Origin: Polymyxa betae A26-41
Taxonomy: Eukaryota > Protista > Endomyxa: Phytomyxea
Direction: 5' to 3'
Length of the DNA: 64,000 nt
Assembly: GCA_003693705.1 (NCBI GenBank)
Contig: RBZT01000790.1
Span: 32,033-96,032, forward strand
The notes under the pieces were generated by a model that did no database searches, was not told where the DNA came from, and was given only the letters and a program-made list of their open reading frames with translations. The position numbers and the translations under genes are program-made. This document shows, in pieces, positions 12,700 through 26,342 of this stretch (positions are counted from its first letter, which is position 1; each line of letters begins with the position of its first letter).

Positions 12700-13314
12700 T
12701 TAATCAGATTGTGGGTTTAGATCGAAAAAGGCATCGTTTTTCCAATCGTCGTCAGCGACGGATTTCGTCAGCGGGATCAGACGACCACTAGGATAGACGG
12801 CGGCGAGATGAGCTGCTACACGATCGGCCAGGCTGTCTTGGTCTTTAGGCCGCGCGATCTTATCACGAAGGCGCTGAATCTCGTGCTTCCGCCTTTCAGC
12901 TTCGAAATCTATCGTCGTCAACGATTTCGCTTTCTTTTTGGCTTTCCGTTTCTTTTCTCTTAACGGACTTCTTGATTTTGGTTTTCTCTCTCTCGAACGA
13001 CTTCGCGATTTCTTTCTTCTTTCGCGACCTCGTTCGTGTGAGCGATTTGTCCTTTCTCTCGATAAACTTCGTTCGTTGGAATGGCTCCTAGTGCGCTTCC
13101 TCTTTGCATGCCTTCTGGTCGAGCTATCTCGATGACCACGCTTTGACTGATGTCTGGAGGAGGAAGGGCTAGGGCTGCGATTGCCTCGCTGCTCCTCATC
13201 CTTCAAATGAGCTCGCCACATGGCGTTCTTTTCCAAGTTGCGGTTGTGTTGATCAGCGTGGCGAATATGGCCGCGAAGCAGCCGAAGGCTGGAGGAGAAC
13301 GGGTCGTCACCCAT
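12700..13314 (-). CDS. Arg/Ser/Lys-rich nuclear protein
   Basis: ORF with RSRSRER low-complexity core; likely ATG at 13314. Confidence 0.65.
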   Translation of the reverse strand: MGDDPFSSSLRLLRGHIRHADQHNRNLEKNAMWRAHLKDEEQRGNRSPSPSSSRHQSKRGHRDSSTRRHAKRKRTRSHSNERSLSRERTNRSHERGRERRKKSRSRSRERKPKSRSPLREKKRKAKKKAKSLTTIDFEAERRKHEIQRLRDKIARPKDQDSLADRVAAHLAAVYPSGRLIPLTKSVADDDWKNDAFFDLNPQSD

Positions 13315-13784
13315 GGCGAGAAGCAATGAGATGACTTCAGATGACAACCGACGATTGAAAGAACGAAAACATGGCTGAAGGCCGCGCCCACCAAACAGAA
13401 GAATCTTGCCAAAAAAAATCCCGTCAATGGAATCTTTTTTTGGTTTTTATCAAAGTGCACAGTCACGGCATATTTTCATAGGGCTGTTTTGTTCCGCAAA
13501 CTGCCTCAAATGTTTTTGGTTCGCATAAATTGCGCAGTCAAGGCATAAAAAATCATCGCAGTAATCAACAGACTCAGTCACGGATTAAAACGATTAACAT
13601 TGCAACATGCCAGGCCATCTTGAAGCAGATCATTCCCGGAAGTTATCTACAGATAAACAGGATGTTCGATCTGCGTTTTTATAAAGCCAGAACGAAAATA
13701 AAATCTGAAATCTCGGTAATTCACTCAGAGGGGACCCCCTCGCGCGTCCAATCGGCGTCTTCGATTCGCCGTGGCTATGCGCCC

Positions 13785-15050
13785 ATGATCTTGGCAGCCT
13801 GGGCTCGCATCCGCCGACGCTCCCTCTCCAATGACGCGGCCGACGCCATCCTCCAAGCCTGGCGTCAACGGCAGACGACGCCGCCCGCGACCTGGGCCCA
13901 GCTCCTCGCCCACCTGCAAGCCTCGGCCGCTCAAGTCGATACCGTCCCTCTGGGCAGGGCCGTACACGCCCTCGCCAAGCTCGGATACGCCACACCTGAT
14001 CTACTCGACCATCTCTCCGGTCGCTCCCTCTATCTACCTCCTGTTTCGTCGTCGTTCCTCGTCGATCTGGCCGACACGTTCGGTCGCGCCGGCCGCTTCG
14101 ATCGCGACCTGTTCCGTACTGTCTCGCTACGGCTGGCCACGCCGAACGCCCTCGTCGGCCGCCTGTCGTCGTGCCGCGCCTCCACGCTCCTGCACGCGTG
14201 CGCCCGGGTCGGGTTCGCCGACCCGCACCTGTTCGCCGCCGTCAGCCGCGACGTCCTGGCCAATGTCGATATCATGCCGGTCACGTTCATGTCGCGATTG
14301 GTCTGGTCCCTGGCCCGGACCCGAATGGCCGCCTGTAGCGACCCGAGCCGCGACCTGGCCCGATCCGTACTGGCCCGGCTGCTGGCCATCGACCTGTCCG
14401 AGAATCGTTCAGGCGGGTCGTCGACCACGATCGTCACCGACATCATGTGGGCCTACGGGGTCATCGCCGACGTCATCGATCGGCGCCCGCAGGCCCGTCA
14501 ACTGGTCGCCGTACTGGCCCGGTATCTGGAGCCGCGTCTCGAGAGGACGTCGCCGCATTCGCTGGCGAGCGGTTTGTGGGCGGCGGCAACGTTGCAGACC
14601 GATCTGCCCGGCGACCTGTTGCAGGCCGCCGCCGATCACGCCACCCACCAGATCGCAACCTGCCGCTCCAATTCGTGTATCGCGATCCTGGCCTGGTCCG
14701 TGGCCAAGCTCCGGGTCCTGCACGACCCGCTGTTCGCTGCTGTCGCCGCTCTGCCGTCGCAGCGCTGGACGCAGTTCCGCCCCGGCGACCTGAACATGGC
14801 GGCATGGGCTCTAAGCCAGCAGAACGACTGCCGATACAATGACGCGTTGCTGGCGATCGCGCAGGCCGCCCTACAACAACTGGATCGATACCGGCCCGCT
14901 GAACTCTGCGCTCTTCTGTGTACTCTGTCCCAGCTACGGCATCGGACGCCTCTGTTCGACGACGCCGTCCGACGTCTGGGACGCGACCTGGACAAGCTCG
15001 ACGCGAACCAGCGCGCCATGTTACTGTCGGCGTTGCTGGACGACAGGTGA
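13785..15050 (+). CDS. Helical-repeat (OPR/FASTK-like) putative organellar RNA-binding protein
   Basis: Degenerate ~38-aa repeats with 'L...(A)WA.A.L', 'DP.LF.AV' and 'F.P..L' patterns; Arg-rich N-terminus resembling a transit peptide. Confidence 0.65.
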   Translation: MILAAWARIRRRSLSNDAADAILQAWRQRQTTPPATWAQLLAHLQASAAQVDTVPLGRAVHALAKLGYATPDLLDHLSGRSLYLPPVSSSFLVDLADTFGRAGRFDRDLFRTVSLRLATPNALVGRLSSCRASTLLHACARVGFADPHLFAAVSRDVLANVDIMPVTFMSRLVWSLARTRMAACSDPSRDLARSVLARLLAIDLSENRSGGSSTTIVTDIMWAYGVIADVIDRRPQARQLVAVLARYLEPRLERTSPHSLASGLWAAATLQTDLPGDLLQAAADHATHQIATCRSNSCIAILAWSVAKLRVLHDPLFAAVAALPSQRWTQFRPGDLNMAAWALSQQNDCRYNDALLAIAQAALQQLDRYRPAELCALLCTLSQLRHRTPLFDDAVRRLGRDLDKLDANQRAMLLSALLDDR

Positions 15051-15136
15051 CTGTCGTACTTGCCCCAATCTGAAAAACAATACTCTGTCCAAATGTAATT
15101 ATTATTATTATTGCCGGATGTTTTTTGTCAGCTCCT

Positions 15137-15552
15137 TTATTGCTGCGGCGTCGGCAGTTTATCAGCCAGCGCCTCCTGCCATCGCTTCTTATTCCAGTCG
15201 AGATTCTGCGGCAGGCGACGTGGCGCTTGGAACACGATACGTCGACGGACATGACCTGTTACAGGGCGGTCAGCGTCACGGCAGCCGAACGAAGCACGCA
15301 GGGCGCACCTGCCGAGTCCAGTACGGTCTCGACGCGATCCGGGTCGGTATCGCTGGTCCAGTGCCTTTCCAGGAACTTCACGACATGGGATCGGTCGGTC
15401 ATGTAATAGTCGAAGACGAGCATGCCGACGACGACGGCGGCGATCACGATCACGATCCGGATCAGGACGGTCTTCGCATCGGTCGTCGACCGAAGGATCT
15501 GCTGCAGATCCAGCTCCAGCGGGTCGAACGTCTTCTTCGACTTCGATTGCAT
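15137..15552 (-). CDS. Small single-pass membrane protein, 2 exons
   Basis: MQSKSK.. with one TM helix; splicing the GTGCGC..ACAG intron gives an open second exon ending TAA. Confidence 0.55.
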
Positions 15553-15711
15553 TATCGGATGGTCAACAACAACCACAACCACGAACAGCGCGTGTGTGAC
15601 CTGTCTAGTGTCGTGCTGGTCCCCGTTCCATGACTGTGGTCGTCCCGTCACTGAACTGCATTGACTCAGCCGCCGAAGCATTTCGTAGCGTTCGCTGGCC
15701 CCGTCGCCGAC

Positions 15712-16384
15712 ATGGATGATCTGAACAAGTCCGAACAGGTACGTACGAACACAGCCGCGAGCGCTCGGGGCCAGTACGCCACGGCCCCGATGACAGATAG
15801 AGGCCGACTGAGCTGCCGCTTAGCTGGCCTTCTCCGAGGACGAGGTTGGCAAACTAGTCAACGAGGTAAGCAGGATCGCACCCGGAAGCAGAGGGGGTTG
15901 TGCTGGCTCCTCCAGGGATGGTGTTGCCTGTCTGAGCGCTGAATACAGACTCTGGACCGCGTCCTGAACCAGAAGAACTACGACGAGTCGCTGGTCCCGG
16001 CCTGGACCGGGGAGATCTGCGAATCGCTGACCCAGAAGTTGGTCGGCCTGAGGAAACCGTTCAAGTACGTCGGTAGGTGTTCGGTCGTACTGGCTGGCCC
16101 CCACTGGGGGCACACCATGTGTGTCGGGGACCGATTTCCGGTGATTTAGTGACATGCGTGATCATGCAGCGCAACGGCGCCGCCATCCATTCCGGCCTGT
16201 CGTGCTTTTGGGACAGCGTCAATGACGGTCGGGGCTTGTACGACACGTTGTGGACCAGGCACGGAGACTGAGTATGGGTTCATGTACAGGATTGCAGACG
16301 GTATTATGGCCGAAGGATAGGTCCAGGGATTCCCTGAATCGGACCATGTACTGTATCACGACCGTGTTCGCTGTCGGTATCTAG
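15712..16384 (+). CDS. Dynein light chain Tctex-1 family (5 exons; not seen whole in the ORF track)
   Basis: Spliced exons give [17 protein letters not shown]../..[28 protein letters not shown]../..[11 protein letters not shown]. Confidence 0.9.
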
Positions 16385-16689
16385 AAGCATCAAGAGGAGG
16401 GCGCTCCAATTCGTTTATAGTTGTGCCGGGTCGTGCTTGACGATTCGTTAGAGGAGGACGGTCATGTGACCTTTGGTGGATAGATTCTATAAAGCCAATA
16501 TAGCAGTATGTTGTGCTCTGTTTTGCAATTAGAGCGGTATAGAGAGGCCATTTACGCTTTCTCACGAATTGCCTTCTTACTTCTCTAAACGTATGCTAGC
16601 CCGGCAAGGTCGCCCAAATCTGGGGGAGCAGATGATCATTCTGGAAAGGTTCATGTTCGACCGGCCGATATAATGGATCAGATCCGTCA

Positions 16690-17378
16690 AGGTGACCGCC
16701 ATGCTAGTAGAATCATTCTCGCCGATCGTGCTGGAAAACTCACGTCTCCCGAGCCCAAATCTACAAAAACCAAGAAAAAACAGGAGGCTGCACGGTGTGA
16801 AATAGGCTGTGATTTTGTTGGGAAGAATCCGGTTAAGCTCAGTGTCTCCTGCAGCAGGTGGCTTCGATAGCAGACCTCCTGAAGAGCGTCGAGCTTCGTG
16901 AGAAGTTCAGCAGGCTTCACGAGGAAGCACTTTTTGCTCAGGCAAATAGTGCCAAATTCCAAAACTTACAGAAAGGCTTGACAGATTATGTGGCTAATTC
17001 AATAATTCTCCATTCAATAGGTAAGTTAAGCAAACAGAATCCCCATCGGAACAAAAAGGACATTTCGCTCTCGATTTCTTCACCAATTGTGTTTGTGGCG
17101 GCATCCCACACCATCCCATACGCTATCTCGTTCGTGAATCGCGATGTTGTGGAGTGCAAACACCTCCGACAGAAAGAATCGCCCAAGTTGACAGCATCAG
17201 CAGTTCTTAGCATGTCTGTATAAGCGAATGAGGGCGGAAAAGCAATGTTGACAGCATATGCATCAGTTTCGATAAAAAACTTTACCTGCTTATTATAGTA
17301 TTCAGGAATAATTTTCATGTTTCCATGCAGAGTATCGCCTTGATGGAATAAAAGCCGCGCTCTATCCGGATGGTCCAA
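16690..17378 (-). CDS. Spliced gene, possibly divergent GINS Psf3-like
   Basis: Segments IPEYYNKQ, LRTADAVNL, RIIELA and LLTKLDALQ loosely match the Psf3 pattern; N-terminus not found. Confidence 0.3.
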
Positions 17379-17486
17379 TCAGCATGATTCGACGCCCTCG
17401 TCTATAACGACGGCTGGCTGTTTCCCGTATCGTCTGGCGCTGGCCGCTGAGTTGTCCAGGATCAGGCGGGTCGCCGTCCCCGCCAC

Positions 17487-19697
17487 ATGAACCATGACCT
17501 GCAAAGTGAGGCCGGCGCCGTGACACTGCCCGCCTTTTGATTAACGATGCAGGAAGCCAAGGGCGATCTGTCGATGTCGGCGATTCCTGCAATGCGATGT
17601 CGCTATCGCCAGATCATATGCATGTGGCTGTCGGCGGTCGTCATGTCCTCAAGATTCTATCGATCGCTAATGAACGATTCGAGAATTCGGCGATTCAAAA
17701 CCTTCGAACTGGAAAGGTTAATCTGACGTTCTCTTCCAACGACGTTCAGGTTGGAGAATCGTTTTGATGATAGGTGTCGTTGATTTGGTTAGTGGTCGCC
17801 TTCGATGCCGAGCAGCATTGCAACGGCCGCTACTAATGGCAAGGTCGTCATCTGGGATACAGGAAAGTCGGGTGCATCTAAACAGTCTCGTGTTCTATCC
17901 GATCATACGCGAGCTGTTAACAGAATCTCTTGGTAATGAATGCTTTGAAATAGCTATCGCCGCTAAGTCTTCTCTTAGGCATCAAACCGATCCATTATTG
18001 CTTAGCGGTTCACAAGACGGATCTGTAAAGCTTTGGGATATCCGATGCAGCAATGCTTGCCAGCACACTGTCGATGGGCATTTCGGCGCCGTTCGAGATA
18101 TCCAATGGTCGCCCTTCAACTCGAATATCTTCGCTTCCGGTCTCGATAACGGCTTCGTCCAAGTCTGGGATCTGAGATCTGCAGCCAATCTTCGGCGGGA
18201 GATCTCAGGCCATCAAGGCCCTGTTCTCGCTATCGATTGGCATCGTGAAGAACCGAATATCATTGCCAGCGCTGGTCGCGATCGACGCATCAAGGTCTGG
18301 GATCTGCATAGCGAAGAACTCGTCCCCCGACATATCATCTCGGCGAATGCCAGCGTCGCACGAATCGCCTGGCGGCCGAAATACCCATCTCATATAGCGA
18401 CGTCGTCGACTCTTTTCGACAGCCGCATTCACGTCTGGGATATTCATAATCCTTACATACCGATTGCTTCATATGCTTCGCACAGTGATGTCGTCACTGG
18501 TTTCGATTGGTTTCAGAAAGGCGACGCGGTCGTTTCCTGCTCGAAGGACTCGCATATTGCTATCAGCTCGATATCGGATGCGTATTGTCTGTATGAGCAT
18601 ATCCCGACATCCTGTCTCGATTGGGATGTCAGTGACGGTTTAGCGGTTGTCACGAATGGGCTTAAGAGAGTAGAGGCTTGTGAAAGGAGATTTATTCCAA
18701 TGCCTTTCCATGTCCATAATGATGCGAAATCATCCAGGAGCGAGACAGTTATGAGATTTATGAAATGCTCAGATGCCGATGATCTTCGTCCTTTAACATC
18801 TCAGCAGCAATTCGTATATTTGGCGGAACGTTATCAGCTTTCCGGAGCTTCGTTCGAAGCACTATGCGATCTTAATTCTAAAGTTGCCGATGATGCTGGT
18901 TGCCTGTATGTGGCTGAGGTTTGGAATATGCTGCCTTTGTTATTCGCTCCGATTCGGATTCTGGATCCGGTCAAGCGCAGACAAAGTAGCGAGTTGTACG
19001 ATGTCGGAAGCATGTTCGAGCTGGTTCCTCCAGACGATATCTCGATGGAGTCACTGTTGGAAAGCCTTCCCAATCTGAAAAAGCGACCAGGTACACCGAA
19101 CGAGGAACTTCGTGAGGCTGCGGTCCAAGATTTGCTCCTGAGGCTGGCTGATAATGGCGACGTCCAGAACTGCTGCGCTATCATGATCGTATTAGGAAAG
19201 AAGTTCCATTCCGAGCCAGTGTTTACCAGGCGATGTCTCGTCTCATATCTTGGTATGCTCTTTCCGCATTTCAGGTCGTGCTGTTAATCATGTCTGCTTA
19301 GAGCTGCTTCGTAGGCATCAATTATGGACGGTGGCCAACGAGTTGATTCGCTGTAGTCCCGATGAAACCGTCGCCCATATGAATCAGACCGATACCGAAG
19401 TGGTTGCCATCTGTACTGGCTGCAGTGAGATTCTCGCCAAAGGACAGGACACCTGCCAATCCTGCCGTAAATCGACCACATGCTCCATCTGTCGAGGGAG
19501 TGTTCTTGGCCAGTTTATTCTGTGTCAGGGTATGCCTAACGATTTCCAATGTCATCATTGCGTTAAAGGTATTGATAGGGTGTGGACATGGTGGCCATCC
19601 AGCCCATATTCGGGACTGGTTCCGAGACAATGTCCAGTGCCCAACTGGATGTTTGCACCAGTGCCGACCGCTGCAGTTGCCCTTTTGTATTCGATAA
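17487..19697 (+). CDS. WDR24: GATOR2 subunit WDR24-like (WD40 repeats plus C-terminal zinc/RING-like)
   Basis: LLSGSQDG, VRDIQWSP, IAWRP, YIP, GDVQ, LLRRHQLW, CSIC..CQGCGHGGH; ATG in CGCCACATG context at 17487. Confidence 0.9.
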
Positions 19698-19819
19698 TAT
19701 TGTTATTTATGTGAATGTTTTTATGTAAAAAAAAATAAAAAGGTTTTCACTCCGGTCCGTGCTTTAGGATTTCGACGACCCTATCAGCCCATCACGACCC
19801 CAATTCGCAACTTCTCTAA

Positions 19820-20134
19820 GAGCATCCGCACCGGTTGCGCGATATCATGCGTGATTGGCAAGTTTGGCGTAAATAGTGCATGTGTGAAATTTTGGCGCTT
19901 CCCACAGGTGCGCTTTTTTATGCGTTCGTAATCCCGCAGCGCGATTCTTTGCGCTGGATTCAACGCATGGAATCCGGCATGCGTTTAATAAATTTTCTGT
20001 ATTTTGGTATCCAATCGCGCAGGAATCTGCAACACTGGTGGGGATTGTACCTCCTTGCGTGAAAAACGGTGCGTATTTGGTGCATGATTAGTGATAAATC
20101 GCGCACAAAAAACACGCAACCGGTGCGGATGCTC
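19820..20134. mobile_element. Tourist-like (PIF/Harbinger) MITE, 315 bp
   Basis: Perfect 20-bp terminal inverted repeats GAGCATCCGCACCGGTTGCG / CGCAACCGGTGCGGATGCTC, flanked by TAA on both sides (19817-19819, 20135-20137); no transposase. Confidence 0.9.
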
Positions 20135-20191
20135 TAAGTGCATCTTCTCACTCATCTCATTTACTGTCTGCCTGGGCAAGTCACTTCTTTA

Positions 20192-21338
20192 ATGGCGTCG
20201 CTAGACCAGGCTGTCGTCTCGTTCCAGGTCAAATGGAATACACGATCCTATACGGTTCGTCTGCAGGCGTCCAACACCATGGCCGCATTCAAACAGGAAC
20301 TCGCCCAGATTACCAATGTGCTGCCTCATCGTCAAAAGATCCTGTCTATCAAGGATGCTTTGACAGGGAAACTGCCCACAGATTCAACGCTCCTTGCTAA
20401 TGTCACTGGAAAGAGTGCCAATGATTCCATTGTGGTGATGATGATTGGTACGGCTGAGAGCGATATTATCGTTTACGATGTTGAGAAAGAAGAGTCTGAT
20501 ATCCTCAACGATCTGGACATCGACTATTCCGAATCTGATTTAGCCATCAATTTTCAATATTCAGCGAAGCTGCAAAAAGCAATCAGCAAAACAGTTATCA
20601 CTTTGATCCATCCGCTCAGGGAAGGGAAGCCACTGCTGGTTCTAGATTTAGATTACACTCTATTCGATATGAAGTCTATTGCAGCAAACTTCTTAGAACT
20701 TAAACGACCCCACACTGATTTTTTTCTAACGACCGCCTATAAGTATTTTGATCTCTGTGTTTGGTCGCAAACGTCTTGGACGTATCTGGTAGGTTTACTG
20801 GAAATGCATCTCTCTTCTTTTTTCAATTGTGATTAGGAGATGAAACTGACGGAATTAGGGCTTCTTACTCATTCGGAATATCGTATCAGTTTCGTTCTGG
20901 ATAAGACTGCTATGTTCTCAATCGATGGTGTCGTTGGAGGAAGAAGGAGAAAACATCAAGTTAAGCCTCTCGACGTGATTTGGCGAAAAATTTCTAGATT
21001 CCACTGCAAAAATACGCTTCACATTGATGATCTAGGTATGCCGGTTTCTGTTTTATCCTCGATACGTATCTAACCGTATCATCCAGCTCGAAATTTTGCA
21101 TTGAACCCTAAAAATGGTAAGATAGCTGTCCATTCCAACACCGCAACGAGTAAATGTTTGCTTCTCAGGATTAAAGATTACCGCTTTTAAGAATGCACAG
21201 GTAACCAGGCACAGTGACCAAGAGCTGTGTCTTCTTGCACGATATCTCGAATTGATAGGACGGCAGAGCGATCTAACCCAACTGGATCACAAAAAGTGGA
21301 AGCATTTTCTTGCTAGGCAAGGACCCTGTAGCGATTAA
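20192..21338 (+). CDS. UBLCP1: Ubiquitin-like domain-containing CTD phosphatase 1
   Basis: N-terminal UBL (TNVLPHRQKI, MMIGT), LVLDLDYTLFD, KRP, VWSQT, VKPL, DDL..NF..NP. Confidence 0.9.
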
Positions 21339-21800
21339 TATTGATATTTATCACATCTGAGCCAAAAAGTAATTCTCTGCATTAGCATTGCAGCTGTGTC
21401 AATATTCAATAATGTCGATATTCGAAGCAAGGCCTCTATTAGAATTTTCTTCTGTATCCATCTCCAACCAAAAGAGACTGTCACCGTTGATATTATTGTT
21501 AAGAACTTTTTGGACAAATGTATGATAAAAGAGATTCAGCATCTACCAACTGCACGAAATTGTAGATTAGTTTTATTATAAATGAAGTTGTGTTTTCATT
21601 TCTTGTTCATTCGTAAATTCAGAGTCCGCTGAAATTCGACAGAGAGAAAGTGAAACACACAAGTGGGTTGCGCTACAGAGGGTTTTATTAACCTAGCTTA
21701 TGTCAAATCAGATTGAAGGAATCTCTGTCTGATAACATCTTTTATCATACACTTTCCTCAGGCGCTGTCTCTTCACCTGGTCACCGGTTGTCGTCCACGA

Positions 21801-23346
21801 ATGTTCTCCACCCTCATACGATCAACAGTTGTCGCCAAGTCGAAAGTCGGTATCGCCAAAATGCGATCGGATCCGCCTTAGTTCTCTGTAGAATGCCATT
21901 CAGAAGCGGTTTCTAAATATTCATGAATATTTATCTCACGATCTGCTTCGAAAGAATTCGGTACTATATCAGCTTTGAAAATGAATCTATAATCGAATTT
22001 ATCAAGGTTCCGACCGCCAAAGGGTTTCCAGCCAAATCCCCACAAGAAGCAGTAGAGGTGGCTAAGAAGATTGGCGGTAAAGATTTTGTCGTCAAGGCTC
22101 AGATCTTAGCCGGTGGTCGTGGCCAAGGAAAATTCACGAATGGATTCCAAGGCGGTGTTCATCTGGCAAACTCGTATGAAAATAAGTCAGCTATACGAAT
22201 TTAAGCCTGAACTTTTTTATAGACCTGAACAAGTGAAAACGTTAGCTGAGAAGATGCTGGGGCAGAAATTAGTGACGAAACAGACAGGACCTGAAGGTCG
22301 TCCTGTTGACGTTGTTTACGTCGTTGAACGCTTATTTCTTCGGCGTGAATGCTACTTTGCGATTCTTCTGGATCGATCTGCTAATGGCCCAGTATTAATC
22401 GCCAGCCCTAAAGGAGGCATGGATATTGAAAAGGTGGCAGCAGAGACACCGGAATTTATCTATAGCGAACCTGTGGCTGATTTAAAAGCCGGCCCAACCG
22501 ACGAGCAGCTTAATCGTCTGGCTGTCGGAATGGGGTTCTCAGATGAATCGATTTCAGAGGCCAAATCTCTCATGTCGTCTCTTTATCAAATGTTTAGAAA
22601 AACGGATGCGACTTTGATAGAAATCAATCCGCTCAGTGAGACGCATGACAACAAGGTTCGCTGTACCGACGCAAAGTTGAATTTTGACGACAACGCCGAA
22701 TTTCGCCAAAAAGAGATCTTCAACCTTCGAGACCGTTCTCAAGAAGACGCTCGAGAAGTCGCTGCTTCCGAATATGGGCTGAATTACATTGGTCTTGATG
22801 GCAACATCGGATGTCTCGTTAACGGAGCCGGTATGTGTTATTTATCTTGAAGATTCCATCGTTGAGCGATATTTAGGTCTAGCAATGGCGACGATGGATA
22901 TTATCAAGCTTCATGGAGGGTCTCCTGCCAACTTTCTGGATCTTGGTGGAGGCGCTACTGAACGAGAAGTTACGAAAGCTTTCGAGATCCTGGATGCCGA
23001 TCCCAGAGTTGAAGCTATTATGGTATTTCTGTTCTTGAACGTTATGTTTACCTTCACTCAGATGAAATCGTATTAGGTCGTCATCTTCGGCGGTATTATG
23101 CGCTGTGATGTGATTGCATTGGGATTGATTAAGGCGGTGACCGACCTCGGCGTCAAGAAGCCGTTGGTTGTCCGATTAGAAGGCACCAATGTCGACGCCG
23201 CCAAGCAGCTGATTGAAGACAGTGGACTTCGTATGATGACCTGCGACGATCTCGATGATGCCGCTCGTAAAGCTGTTCGTGTTGCTGAAATCGTGAAGAT
23301 GGCCCGCGATGTTGACGTGGACGTCAAATTTGAACTCCCCCTGTGA
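21801..23346 (+). CDS. Succinyl-CoA ligase beta subunit, mitochondrial
   Basis: [67 protein letters not shown]. Confidence 0.97.
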
Positions 23347-23782
23347 TAAATTGTTGCAGATTGTTTTACCTCTATTGTGCTTATTTGTTCTATTCATTTA
23401 ATGGTATAAAACAAAAAGCGGTTGATTGCATTTCTGCATTGTATGCTTTATCTTTGGGTTTCGCCCGTTTCGTATAATCTGTTCTGAGTTTCGTGTCACT
23501 GCTTCGTGACCCCTTTAAGATTTCCACATTTTACCTATGTATGAACAGTATCAGCATTAATCCACTCCAACAGCTTTAACATTAATTCCATCGCAAACGT
23601 TCTATAATGCGTGCTGGAAGTTAACAAAGAGCTAGTCGCCCAGCTCTTCATGCCAATGTGTAGAGACCGATAGCCAGCTTACATGAAAATGCATTATCTG
23701 TAACATACAAACTGGACAGACCATTGTAAGGTACATTATTGTAACCTATGGAACCATTTAATAGGGCTCGGTTTACAAAGCC

Positions 23783-26342
23783 ATGACAAATCTAGATCTC
23801 GTGAGAGAGATCATAATCAGATATCAAGACGTACTTGGTAGAGCGACCCGTCAACCTACCAATGCTGTCTGGGATCGTTCCAATCGCCGCCGCGATTCGA
23901 AAGCGGGCTCGCAGCGGAAAGCTCGAGCAATTCGAAGAGCGCATCGTGGCCCGCCTGGGCCTGCTGGCCCACATCGTCATCCGTTCCGGCAGCGATGGAC
24001 ACCCGAACGAATCAGTCGTCTCGGAAGGCGTCGCTCGTCAGGCAATCGAACGCCTGGCGCGATCTGCAGGGTTTTCGGAACATCTGAGCGATATCGTTGA
24101 TTATGGCATCATGCTCGTCTTGATCGCCATTCATATCTGTCGCCAGACCAACTTGAAAGGCGACGACGTGCTGGTTCACGCTCGTCATCTCTTAAACGAT
24201 GCTATCAACGCCACAGCGACCATCACACCGCCGCCCTCGTTCAACGATGCACAGAATCCGGAATCGCCAGCGGTTCTGATGAACGGCTCGGATCCGTCCT
24301 GGTCGTTGATTAGCAAAGCGATTGAGAAGCTTAGAGCCGAGGTTCTGGCCTCGATTCCAGCTGATGGCGTCACCGAACATAATGTCCTCTCTGTTGTCTG
24401 GCAGAACGACAACGAGGCGGATTTCAGTGCGCTTTCCTTAGAGAAGTATTTACTGACAAATATCGATAACACAGCAGAACCGGGCGAAACCGATCTAATC
24501 GAGAATAACGCGAAACGCACCCTAATGATAACAAATCAGGAATTCGAACAGCAATCCATTGAAGACGGAACCGATAACGGGAACGTCGCAGGCGAGGGCC
24601 GGTACCTAGCTCTGCAAGCACCAACCGATCAAGATGCTGAGAACGAGTCCGCTTTGATGGTACCTTGACTATATGATCCTCAGAGCTTTTGTACTGAGAG
24701 GATTGTTTAGATAGCGCCTTATGAGCCAGCTGAAGCTGCCGCAGAACACGAGTCGATGTTAAGGTCGTCGTCAGAGCAAGAATTGTTGATGTCTCGAGGG
24801 CCATCGCCGCAAGCATCGTTACCGCAGGCAACAGCATGGGAGAATAGAGACGCTGATCACGCCGACAATCAGCAGCCGATCGGAGCCAACGAAAATGATG
24901 ACGACGACAGCCGGTATTTGCACGAGATTCTGGCCGTACTGGTCCAGCTGCAAGACGGACAGAATAACATGACGAAAGAGATCCGGCTGCTGAAGGAGAC
25001 CGTTGACGGGGCTTCCGGAGCGTTTAGCCACGCCAACCGTTCCGATGAATCGTCGCCGGGCTCGCGCCGACACATCCCAAAGCCAGCGGCGCCTGCAGCG
25101 GACGATTGGCGCCGCCTGCGTAAGGCGCGCATCTCCGAAATCAATTTCGACCCGCCACCGCCTCCGAGAAGCGCCCAAACCCAAGCGAAACACGCGGCCC
25201 AATCTTCATCGATAGAGCCGATGCAGCAGTTAACCGATTCGGCGAATTCTCCCAAGCTGGACCAGCACGACGAAGTCGGCGTGCGCCAACAACGAGCTGG
25301 TGATGCCTCTGATAAGAAACCCCTGATCAAATACAAGGAGATCGAGATCGAGACGCCCGAAGACGCCTGGAGCGATGCGGACCGGAACCAGCCGTCGTAC
25401 CGTCCCAGCATCATGGTCAGTCCAGCAGAATCGACGAAGAACCGTGCGGCATCGCAAGCGAGCGACGAAGTCACCGCACCGGCAGACGCCGGATCATCAT
25501 TGGCCATGAAACGCAACACCCTGAACGAGGAGCTGCCGTCGAAGGTCGCCGTGTCGAAGGGCGACAGCGTATCGAGGAAGGCGTCCAGAACGAGCAGCGG
25601 CGATCGCTTCCGGCTGCCCGAAGAATCGGCGAGCGCAATTCTGAAGTCGGCCCGAGAGGTAATCGTGAACGCCATGTCGGACGAGCCGCTCCAGACAGAT
25701 CGTCGCCTGGTTCGCCAGAGCTCCGAATCCGAATCTGATCATATCCAGGCCAGCACGACCCGGAGACACAGCTGCCGAGCTTATTGTTCGTGCGGGCACC
25801 AGACCAGACTGCCGTCTCGCGCCTGGGCGGCGGCGTCCGAATCGGAGACGAGCGCGGGGCGGGTTCGAGTGCGTCCCGCTGCCGAGGAATCCGATGATGA
25901 CGATGCTGGCACGAGGCGGCGAAGCTCACCTCGGCGGCAAAGCTTTCGCAGACACGAGACGAGAACGGAAAGAAGACACGAAACGGGAACTGAAAAAGGG
26001 CATCGGACGCCGCAAAGTCGAATGAGAAAATCGACGAAGAGATTCGATGAAGCATCGCATTCTCATGATATGCTAACAAGTCGGTATCTGGAGCCAATGC
26101 GTGAACCAAGGTCGGCGTATTGGGAGGAGTCTCCAAGGCTGAAGAGCTATGACGTCGGATCGCATCGTCCGACCAGATTCTATGGATTCCCGGAATGCTG
26201 CCTGAACCTACAACCGGCGCCCAAATATGATCTGTATTCGGGACAGACGACGAACCCGTACCTTTGGAGGCATTCGGATTGCCGATATTGCCAAATCGAG
26301 AGATTGGGCTTGCGAATGAAGGCGTGCAGCTTTTGCCCATAA
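23783..26342 (+). CDS. Hypothetical largely disordered protein (one or two spliced genes)
   Basis: Consecutive long + strand ORFs (23835..24668, 24756..26342); no recognised motifs. Confidence 0.6.

Noticed and set aside
21519-21751. 14-bp inverted match (TGTATGATAAAAGA / TCTTTTATCATACA) as MITE ends
   Set aside because: AT-rich, and no convincing target-site duplication
25948-25996. 24-bp tandem duplication
   Set aside because: Ordinary in-frame coding repeat (RRHET.TE) in a disordered protein
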